Assembly (NCBI GenBank): GCA_004551945.1
Contig: SFPN01000005.1
Coordinates: 10,450 to 74,449 of the forward strand
DNA from: Clostridiales bacterium
Lineage (GTDB): Bacteria > Bacillota > Clostridia > Oscillospirales > Oscillospiraceae
Length of the DNA: 64,000 nucleotides
Direction: 5' to 3'
Shown: positions 57,337-64,000 of the stretch, piece after piece
How the letters are laid out: each line of letters opens with the position of its first letter
Position numbering within the stretch: position 1 is the stretch's first letter
The notes under the pieces: generated by a model
Database searches by the model: none
Told to the model about the DNA's origin: nothing
What the model saw: only the letters and a program-made list of their open reading frames with translations
Translations under genes and position numbers: made by a program

Positions 57337-57821
57337 GGCGTCTCCTCACTGATGTAAATTTGATCCTCCCGGGCAAGGCCCAGGTCCTGGGTGATGGCCT
57401 GGCACAACTGCTCCTGCTGATCCGGACTCATCGTGCCGGTGACAGTCACCGACTTGGGCAGAGGGACCCCGTCCTCCCCGGTTTCACAGGTTACCCGGGC
57501 AGTGCAGGTCAACCCCAGCTGGGCCCCTTTGTCCACAATGTATGCGGCCAGTTCCTCCTCTATGATTCCTTTCATAGGCTCCCGGGCGGCCTGGTCCAGG
57601 GTTTCCTGCCGGATGGACCCGGCGGGCAGGGTGTTTACCAGGTCGTAGAGCTGGTCGTAGTCCATGGTCACCAGGGGCTGTAAAATCCCCAATACCAGGA
57701 TCAGCCCGCCGGTGAGCTTGCCCACCCGCTTGACCGAGCCCTGGGGCATCAGGGCCTCCGCCCCGGCGATCACCAGGGCGGAAACCGTCACCGTGAGAAT
57801 CCAGGTCCGAATGAGTTCCAT
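57333..57821 (-). CDS. spoIIIAF: Stage III sporulation protein AF
   Basis: W...EALMPQGSVKR...GLILVLGILQPL; operon position. Confidence 0.85.
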   Translation of the reverse strand: MELIRTWILTVTVSALVIAGAEALMPQGSVKRVGKLTGGLILVLGILQPLVTMDYDQLYDLVNTLPAGSIRQETLDQAAREPMKGIIEEELAAYIVDKGAQLGLTCTARVTCETGEDGVPLPKSVTVTGTMSPDQQEQLCQAITQDLGLAREDQIYISEETP

Positions 57822-57835
57822 ACGCCCCCTCCTTC

Positions 57836-58933
57836 CTACCCCGCCACCGTGGAGACGGCCGAGACCATGGCCACAATGAGCAGCACCCCGCAGGAGCCGG
57901 TCATGGCCATGATGAGACCGAAGGCGGTGCCGATGGCCTCAATGAGACCGGTGACCCGCCCGTTTCCCGAGGCGGTGGCCGCCAGGGCGGCGGTACACTT
58001 ATACATTAAATAATGGACCCCCAGGTTGAGAAAGGGCACCAGACAGATGCCCACCACCGCCAGCATTCCAAACACACCGGCGGCGTTGCGCAGGACCCCG
58101 GCCCCGGCCAGCAAGGTCTCCGCCGTGTCGGAGATCACCCCGCCCACCACGGGGACCAGGTTGGACATGGTGAACTTGGCGGCCTTGATGGTGGCGGCGT
58201 CCGCGCTGCCGGAGATCACCCCGGTCAGGTTCAGGTAGGCGATGAAAATCAGCAGCACCACCGACAGGATAGTAGCGATGAGCCACTTGAGCAGCCCCCC
58301 CAGCCGCCGGAGGCCGTCGTTTCCCAAAGCCGCCCAGGCCACTTGGACCGCCACGAAGGCGTAGCACAAGGGGATGAGCAGCTTGCTTACCAGGCGGATG
58401 AGAAAATCCGAAAAGAGGATGGTGGCCGCGTACTTCACCCCGGCGGCGGCCGGCGAGCCGCTGGCCGCCGTGGCCATGGACACCGCCGGCAGCAGCACGT
58501 CCGCCAGGGTTTGCATCTGAAAGATGGCGTCCTCCCCCAGGGACAGCAGGGAGTGCACGTCCCCCACGGCGATGGCGGCGATGGCCAGCACCGCCGCCAG
58601 GGTGGCAATTTTCAGGGGATCACCGCCGCCACCCTCCCCCAGGCCTTCCGCCAGACCGCACAGCAGCGTAATCGCCAGCAGGAGCACGCAGCTGCGCCCG
58701 GCGGTCTTCACCACCTGGACCAGCTTATCCTTCACCTGCTGGGCCAAGTTGCGGAAAATCCCCGCCACATCCAGGTCCTTGCCCAGGTCCGCTTCTCCGG
58801 TGTATTCCCCCCCGGCCCGCTCCAGGTCCTCCAGCCCCAGGGATTCCCGCTGGCTCTCCAGCACCTCCTCCTGGTCCAGGGCCAGCGCCCCGGGAGCCAG
58901 GAGAAGGGCCGCCAGAAGGACCAGGGCCAGCAC
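57836..58933 (-). CDS. spoIIIAE: Stage III sporulation protein AE (start approximate)
   Basis: Multi-TM protein, KAAKFTMSNLVPVVGGVISD, LRNAAGVFGM; GTG just after the spoIIIAD stop, no clear RBS. Confidence 0.88.
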   Translation of the reverse strand: MLALVLLAALLLAPGALALDQEEVLESQRESLGLEDLERAGGEYTGEADLGKDLDVAGIFRNLAQQVKDKLVQVVKTAGRSCVLLLAITLLCGLAEGLGEGGGGDPLKIATLAAVLAIAAIAVGDVHSLLSLGEDAIFQMQTLADVLLPAVSMATAASGSPAAAGVKYAATILFSDFLIRLVSKLLIPLCYAFVAVQVAWAALGNDGLRRLGGLLKWLIATILSVVLLIFIAYLNLTGVISGSADAATIKAAKFTMSNLVPVVGGVISDTAETLLAGAGVLRNAAGVFGMLAVVGICLVPFLNLGVHYLMYKCTAALAATASGNGRVTGLIEAIGTAFGLIMAMTGSCGVLLIVAMVSAVSTVAG

Positions 58934-58938
58934 CCGGA

Positions 58939-59322
58939 CTAGAGCAGGGCCAGCACCAGCTGCAGCACCATTTTTAACAGGGGCAGCGCCACCAGCACCG
59001 CCGCGGCTCCCCCGGCAATTTCCAAAAAGGCGGCAATGCTCCCCTCCCCCGCGTCCCGGCACAAGGAGGAGGCCAGCCTGGTGACCACCGCCAGCCCCAC
59101 CGTCTGGAGCATAGGGCGGAGGATGGTGGGGGATAGCTCCGCCAGGTCGGCCAGCTCCGTTAGCACGTCCCGGATGGTCTCCAGCAGAGGCAGGGTGTTC
59201 CACAGGAGCAGCACACAGGCGGCCAAGGTCAAAACGGCGGCCAGCTCCGGGGCCTTCTGCCGCACCACCACACCGCAGAGGGCGGCCGTTACCCCCACCG
59301 CGGCCAGCGCCATCATATCCAT
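58939..59322 (-). CDS. spoIIIAD: Stage III sporulation protein AD
   Basis: KAPELA, LCRDAGEGSIA, ALPLL. Confidence 0.9.
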   Translation of the reverse strand: MDMMALAAVGVTAALCGVVVRQKAPELAAVLTLAACVLLLWNTLPLLETIRDVLTELADLAELSPTILRPMLQTVGLAVVTRLASSLCRDAGEGSIAAFLEIAGGAAAVLVALPLLKMVLQLVLALL

Positions 59323-59328
59323 AGCCCA

Positions 59329-59523
59329 TCACAACCCGAAGAGGGTCTTGACCAGCTCGAACAGATCGCTGATCTTCTGGACCACCATCATGAGCACCAC
59401 AATCAGCCCCGCCAGGGTGGTCATGGTGGCCTGCTCCTCCCGGCCGGATCGGGTGAGCACCTGGTTGAGGACCGACACCAGAATCCCCACCGCCGCAATT
59501 TTGAATATCAGATCTACGTCCAT
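59329..59523 (-). CDS. spoIIIAC: Stage III sporulation protein AC
   Basis: MDVDLIFKIAAVGILVSVLNQVLTRSGREEQA; RBS AAGGAGG. Confidence 0.95.
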   Translation of the reverse strand: MDVDLIFKIAAVGILVSVLNQVLTRSGREEQATMTTLAGLIVVLMMVVQKISDLFELVKTLFGL

Positions 59524-59576
59524 GCCACAGCCTCCTTCAGCGGAAACGGCTCGTCCCCGCTTCTTCCGTTCCTCAC

Positions 59577-59605
59577 ACTCTATGCCGCCGGTGGGCGGGC
59601 TATGC
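59577..59605 (-). promoter_or_regulatory. Internal SigE-like promoter upstream of spoIIIAC
   Basis: GCATAGC-14 nt-CATAGAGT in the spoIIIAB-AC gap. Confidence 0.55.
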
Positions 59606-59612
59606 CTGCTTT

Positions 59613-60125
59613 TCACAGGAGAATCAGGCAGAAGAGCCCCCCGGTGACCCCCAGGGCCACATACACCCGGAAGAGCCGTTTCTCCTCCTGGCGGGACTGG
59701 TCCAAACAGCCGTCCAGGGCCTCCCCCAGGCCCTCCAGGGCCCGGCGCTGGCTCTCCCCGTCGTACCGGCCCAGCACGTCCCCCACCTGGGCGAGCACCT
59801 GCTTGTCCGGTTCCGTCAGGGGCAGCGGGGTCTCCGCCAGGGCCTGCTGCCAGCTGTCCGTCCAGCTCTCCCCGCCCCCGGCGAGAAAGTTCTCCCGGCA
59901 GGCAGTGAAAAAGGTCCCGGCAGGGCCGGTTGTCTCCCCAGCCGCCTGGTCCAGCAGGTCCGTCAGGGGGCGCAGGGAAAAGGACAGCTCCCGGGTCAGC
60001 AGGGACAGAGCCCGGCGGAAGGCCCACAGGCAGGCTGTGCGCTTTTTCAGCTCCAACCCCCGCAGAACTCCCAGGCTGGCGCACCCCAGGAGAAGCAGGA
60101 GTTTTCCCAAAAGCTCCGCTCTCAT
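59613..60125 (-). CDS. spoIIIAB: Stage III sporulation protein AB
   Basis: LLGKLLLLLGCASLG, ELSFSLRPL, LGRYDGESQ, C-terminal TM helix. Confidence 0.88.
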   Translation of the reverse strand: MRAELLGKLLLLLGCASLGVLRGLELKKRTACLWAFRRALSLLTRELSFSLRPLTDLLDQAAGETTGPAGTFFTACRENFLAGGGESWTDSWQQALAETPLPLTEPDKQVLAQVGDVLGRYDGESQRRALEGLGEALDGCLDQSRQEEKRLFRVYVALGVTGGLFCLILL

Positions 60126-61015
60126 GGTTTCCCCTCCCCGTCGGTGACCTGGTAGATCCGCTTGCCGCCTTTCCACTGAATCCACACCAAGCGGCGGAAA
60201 ATCCCCTGGGCCAGCAGATCCCGGTACAAGGGGCGCAGGCACAGCTCCTCCCAGCCGGACCCGTGGGCGGTGGCCAGAAGGGTGACCCCGCACCCCGCCG
60301 CCTGGGTAATGGCCAGAAGGTCCGCCGGGTCGGTGATCTCGTCGGCGGCCAGAACCTGGGGGCTCATGGCCCGCAGGAGCATCATCATCCCCAGAGCCTT
60401 GGGGCAGTTTTCCAGCACGTCGGTCCGGGGGCCCAGGTCGTAGCGCAGGTTTCCCGCGCCCAGCTCCCCCCGCTCGTCCGCCACCCCTACCCGCAGGGGC
60501 GGCAGCCCGTCCCCCGAGGAGATACAGCGGATCAGGTCCCGGAGCAGGGTGGTCTTGCCCAGCCCCGGGGGGGAGAGAATCAGGGTGCTGGCCAGCCGTC
60601 CGCCCTCCAGCAGCTGAGGGATCAGCGGCCGGGCCACCCCCGGCACCGCCCGGGGCAGGCGGATGGCCAGGGAGGTCACCCGCCGGAAGGACTGGAGCTG
60701 TCCGTCCTGAACCGCCCCCTCTCCGCAGACGCCGATGCGCACCCCGCCGGCGGCGGTGACGTAGCCCCGGCGCAGCTGGTCCAGAATGGTGTGGACCGAG
60801 CCCTGCCCCGCTGTCTCCAGCACCCGGTGCAGGTCCTCCTGGGTTAGCGTACGGGCCTGCCAGGCGGGGCACGTCCACTCCTCCCCGCCGCTCACCGCCC
60901 GCAGGGGGAACCCCTCCCGCAGGCGCAGCTCCTCCAGGGGGCCCCGGGCCTTGTCCCCGCCCTGCGCCACCTCCTCCCGGAGAAACCGGGGAAGCACATG
61001 GTCAAAGGCTGTCAT
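60122..61015 (-). CDS. spoIIIAA: Stage III sporulation protein AA (ATPase)
   Basis: [54 protein letters not shown]; start re-called at MTAFD. Confidence 0.95.
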   Translation of the reverse strand: MTAFDHVLPRFLREEVAQGGDKARGPLEELRLREGFPLRAVSGGEEWTCPAWQARTLTQEDLHRVLETAGQGSVHTILDQLRRGYVTAAGGVRIGVCGEGAVQDGQLQSFRRVTSLAIRLPRAVPGVARPLIPQLLEGGRLASTLILSPPGLGKTTLLRDLIRCISSGDGLPPLRVGVADERGELGAGNLRYDLGPRTDVLENCPKALGMMMLLRAMSPQVLAADEITDPADLLAITQAAGCGVTLLATAHGSGWEELCLRPLYRDLLAQGIFRRLVWIQWKGGKRIYQVTDGEGKP

Positions 61016-61037
61016 CCCATCCCCTCCTTTCCTCCCT

Positions 61038-61067
61038 ATCCTATGAGAGGTTGTCCCGGGAGTATGC
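61038..61067 (-). promoter_or_regulatory. SigE-like promoter of the spoIIIA operon
   Basis: GCATACT-15 nt-CATAGGAT. Confidence 0.7.
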
Positions 61068-61070
61068 CTC

Positions 61071-61099
61071 TTGCCAAAGAAATCAGGGGCCTTTATAAT
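61071..61099 (+). promoter_or_regulatory. sigma-A-like promoter of the MBL gene
   Basis: TTGCCA-17 nt-TATAAT. Confidence 0.7.
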
Positions 61100-61126
61100 A
61101 AGAGAAAAAAGAAAGGGTGGTTTGCC

Positions 61127-61942
61127 ATGCGCGCTGTCGTCCTTATGGACAACGTTTCCAACAATCCCGCTCTCACCGCCCAGTGGGGGCTGTCTATTTA
61201 TATTGAATATCAAGGCCGCCGGTACCTGCTGGACGCTGGAGCCGGACCGGAGTTTGCGGAAAACGCCAAGGTCCTGGGCATTGACCTGTCCCAGGTGGAC
61301 TGCGGGATTCTCTCCCACGCCCACCACGACCATGCCGACGGCATGGATACCTTCTTCCAGGAAAACGCCGGCGCTCCCTTCTACCTGCGGGAGCCCAGCG
61401 GGGAAAACTGCTATGGCTGCAAGGACGATTTTCTGGAATACATCGGGATCAAAAAGGGCCTTCTGGAAACCTACCAGAACCGAATCTGCCGCACCGGGGA
61501 CAAGACCGAGCTGGCCCCCGGCGTGTACCTGCTGGGCCACACCACCCCGGAGCTGGACTGCTGCGGCCAGATGCACCAGCAGTTTTTGAAAATTGCCGAC
61601 CAGTTCATGTACGACGACTTCCGCCATGAGCAGAGTCTGATTTTCGACACCGACCAGGGGCTGGTGATCTTCAACAGCTGCTGCCACGCCGGCGCGGACG
61701 TGGTCATTCAGGAGGCCCAGGCCGCTTTCCCCGGCCGGAAGGTTCACGCCATCGTAGGCGGCTTCCATCTGTTTGCAATGCCCGTTGACCAGGTGCGCAC
61801 CTTCGCCCACCGACTGGAGGAGACCGGAGTGGAGCATGTGGTCACCGGCCACTGCACCGGGCAGGACGCCTTTGAAATTCTGCGGGAAACCCTGGGGAAC
61901 CGGGTCCGGCAGATGGAGGTTGGGCTGGAGATGGAGTTCTGA
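61127..61942 (+). CDS. MBL-fold metallo-hydrolase (DHPS-like subgroup)
   Basis: WGLSIYI, LLDAG, SHAHHDHADG, HEQSL, NSCCHAG, GGFHL, GHCTG. Confidence 0.88.
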   Translation: MRAVVLMDNVSNNPALTAQWGLSIYIEYQGRRYLLDAGAGPEFAENAKVLGIDLSQVDCGILSHAHHDHADGMDTFFQENAGAPFYLREPSGENCYGCKDDFLEYIGIKKGLLETYQNRICRTGDKTELAPGVYLLGHTTPELDCCGQMHQQFLKIADQFMYDDFRHEQSLIFDTDQGLVIFNSCCHAGADVVIQEAQAAFPGRKVHAIVGGFHLFAMPVDQVRTFAHRLEETGVEHVVTGHCTGQDAFEILRETLGNRVRQMEVGLEMEF

Positions 61943-61949
61943 CAAAGCA

Positions 61950-61988
61950 ACAAGCCCCCGTCCGGTTTTTAGCCGGACGGGGGCTTGC
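61950..61988. terminator. Hairpin between convergent MBL and SPFH genes
   Basis: CAAGCCCCCGTCCGG/CCGGACGGGGGCTTG stem. Confidence 0.65.
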
Positions 61989-62000
61989 GTTATATCCTTT

Positions 62001-62933
62001 TTAAGCCTTGGGCGGAGTGACCGGCGGAACGGGGGCTTTGCCGGTTTCGGGCTTTTTGACGGTCTCCACCACGCCGGCGGCCAGACCGGCCAGGCCCTGG
62101 ATCTCCGAGGGGATGATGATCTTGGTGGCCTTGCCGTTGGCAGCAGACTGGAAGGCCTCCAGGGACTTGAGCTTGATGACCTGGTCGTTGGGGGAAGCCT
62201 CGTTCAGCAGCTTCAGGGAGTCGGCCATGGCCTGGTTCACCTTCAGGATGGCTGCGGCCTCTGCCTCGGCGGCCATGATCCGGGCCTGCTTCTCGGCGTC
62301 TGCCCGGAGAATCCGGGATTCCTTCTCGCCTTCCGCCACCAGGATCTGGCTCTGCTTCTGGCCTTCCGCCTGGAGGATGGATTCCCGGCGTTCCCGCTCG
62401 GCCCGCATCTGCTTCTCCATGGCGTTCTGGATGTCCTTGGGGGGCAGGATGTTCTTCAGCTCCACCCGGTTGACCTTGATGCCCCAGGGATCGGTGGCCT
62501 CGTCCAGGATGCTGCGCATCCGGGCGTTGATGATATCACGGGAGGTAAGGGACTGGTCCAGCTCCAACTCGCCGATGATGTTCCGCAGGGTGGTGGCGGT
62601 GAGGTTTTCAATGGCGTTCATGGGGTTTTCCACGCCATAGGCGTAGAGCTTGGGATCGGTAATCTGGAAGTAGAGCACGGTATCGATCTGCATGGTCACG
62701 TTATCCTTGGTAATGACGGGCTGAGGCGGGAAGTCCGCCACCTGCTCCTTCAGGGAGACCACCTTCAGCACCCGGTCGATGAAGGGGAGCTTCACGTGCA
62801 GGCCCACTCCCCACACGCTGTGGAAGGCGCCCAGGCGCTCAATGACATAGGCCTTGGACTGCTGGACCACCCGGATGCACCGGGCCAGGATCACCAGGAT
62901 GACAACGATCAGGATAATCAGAGGGAGTTTCAT
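62001..62933 (-). CDS. SPFH/Band 7 (stomatin-like) protein
   Basis: VIERLG, PPQPVITKDNV, TLRNIIG, WGIKVNRVELK, MEKQMRAERERR. Confidence 0.95.
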   Translation of the reverse strand: MKLPLIILIVVILVILARCIRVVQQSKAYVIERLGAFHSVWGVGLHVKLPFIDRVLKVVSLKEQVADFPPQPVITKDNVTMQIDTVLYFQITDPKLYAYGVENPMNAIENLTATTLRNIIGELELDQSLTSRDIINARMRSILDEATDPWGIKVNRVELKNILPPKDIQNAMEKQMRAERERRESILQAEGQKQSQILVAEGEKESRILRADAEKQARIMAAEAEAAAILKVNQAMADSLKLLNEASPNDQVIKLKSLEAFQSAANGKATKIIIPSEIQGLAGLAAGVVETVKKPETGKAPVPPVTPPKA

Positions 62934-63382
62934 TCAGCTGTACCATTTCCTTTCTGCAATACGGTAACGATTGCTTTTACACCTTCAATTCTGTCCACCT
63001 GGACCAGGGTTCCCTGGGGGATCACGTCCCCCGTCGCCGACCGCGCGGTCCAGATCGCGCCGCCGACCTTGATCTGCCCGGAGGCGTTCAGGTTGTCGAT
63101 GGTCTCGGTAACCACACCCTCTTCCTCCAGAATGCGGTCTGCGTTGGTCTTTGCCTGCCTGGGCTGAATCCACTTCCGAGCCAGCGGCCGGATCACGGCC
63201 ATGGCAATCACTGAGACGATGGCGAACAGAGCGATCTGCACCATCAGGCTGCCTCCCAGCCAGGCGGCAAACAGCGCCGCAAGGCTGCCCAGACAGAACC
63301 AGATGGAGACCAGACCCGCCGTAAGTCCCTCGATCCCGGCAAAAGCGATCAGCAGCACCAACCACAACATTGGCTCGTTCAA
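62930..63382 (-). CDS. Short NfeD family membrane protein
   Basis: TM helices plus OB-fold GQIKVGGAIWTARS...VDRIEG; overlaps the SPFH start; TTG start. Confidence 0.92.
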   Translation of the reverse strand: MNEPMLWLVLLIAFAGIEGLTAGLVSIWFCLGSLAALFAAWLGGSLMVQIALFAIVSVIAMAVIRPLARKWIQPRQAKTNADRILEEEGVVTETIDNLNASGQIKVGGAIWTARSATGDVIPQGTLVQVDRIEGVKAIVTVLQKGNGTAE

Positions 63383-63667
63383 AGGCCCTTCCTCCTTCCT
63401 TACTCACAGGCGTTTCTTTGTTTCCGTTTCTTGCTTCCTTGATGATTTCATTGTATCATAAGTATACAAATTGGACAACCACCATTTTTCCGGAAAGCCG
63501 GGCCGTTTCCCCCGATTTCCGCCTTCCTCCCAGGGAATTTTTCTCAATCGCATCCGCTCCCTTGCGCGGAAGAGCTGGCTTTGTTATACTATGTGACACA
63601 GGATAAAATTTACAATCCTTTTCCCCTGTTTCCCGGGGAATCGCGTCTCTTGGAAAGGAGGGCGGCT

Positions 63668-64000
63668 TTGAAACTTCCCATTAAAAAGATCCTGCTCTAC
63701 GGCGGGCTGGTTCTCCTGGGAATCGTGGTGATCTTCCTTGTGTGCAAGATCATGCTCAACCTGGGCTCCCTGGCCACGGGGCTGCGGGGCGTTCTCAGCT
63801 CTCTGCGGGCCATTCTGCTGGGTGCGGTTATGGCTTACCTGCTCTATCCCCTCACCCGGTTTGCCGAGCAGTATCTTCTCTACCACAACGTAAAGAAAAA
63901 GACGGCCCGGGGGCTGTCCACCGCCTTCGCCACCCTGGTGCTGCTGGCGGTGCTGGCCCTGTTCATCGCCGTTATCGTGCCCGAGCTGCTGCAAAACCTG
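63668..64000 (+). CDS. AI-2E family transporter, 3' end outside window
   Basis: Not in ORF track. TTG start after AAAGGAGG: MKLPIKKILLYGG...GAVMAYLLYPLTRFAE...IVPELLQNL; TTGCGC-17-TATACT upstream (63562-63590). Confidence 0.75.
   Translation, partial: MKLPIKKILLYGGLVLLGIVVIFLVCKIMLNLGSLATGLRGVLSSLRAILLGAVMAYLLYPLTRFAEQYLLYHNVKKKTARGLSTAFATLVLLAVLALFIAVIVPELLQNL

Noticed and set aside
60122..61945. 607-aa extended spoIIIAA ORF
   Set aside because: The extension is antisense to the MBL gene; RBS and SigE-like promoter support a start at 61015
1..64000. CRISPR arrays, tRNA/rRNA genes, transposases, integrases, prophage
   Set aside because: No repeat-spacer units, cloverleaf sequences or mobile-element proteins seen; intergenic gaps are short and mostly explained

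Overview
High-GC core-chromosome segment of a spore-forming Clostridia bacterium (gene content and order suggest Oscillospiraceae; inference). Almost all genes are on the - strand. It holds dgt-dnaG-rpoD, hflX, rpmE, addBA, divergent fba and PPi-type pfk, the yicC-remA-gmk-rpoZ-priA-def-fmt-rsmB-rlmN-prpC-prkC-rsgA cluster followed by a 22-aa spoVM and a SipL-like gene, cdaA-cdaR, ispDF, carD, sigH, ruvCAB, GTP-PEPCK, rsmA, a CCA-adding enzyme and the complete spoIIIAA-AH operon. No mobile element, CRISPR array, tRNA or rRNA was recognised. Most notable: (1) a candidate ~110-nt sRNA (hairpin, CU-repeat tract, terminator) behind four 11-bp-phased direct repeats; (2) a preQ1-riboswitch-controlled QueL-like radical SAM gene paired with a YhhQ transporter; (3) a STAS domain with Ala at the phospho-Ser position, fused to an AMP-binding ligase; (4) an RseC / DUF5685-like / Cys-tailed J-domain module in place of glmM behind cdaAR; (5) hand-read promoter architecture, including a palindromic -35 shared by fba and pfk, a palindrome over the sigH promoter, and sporulation-type promoters overlapping terminators. 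All family calls are by eye, with no database searches.
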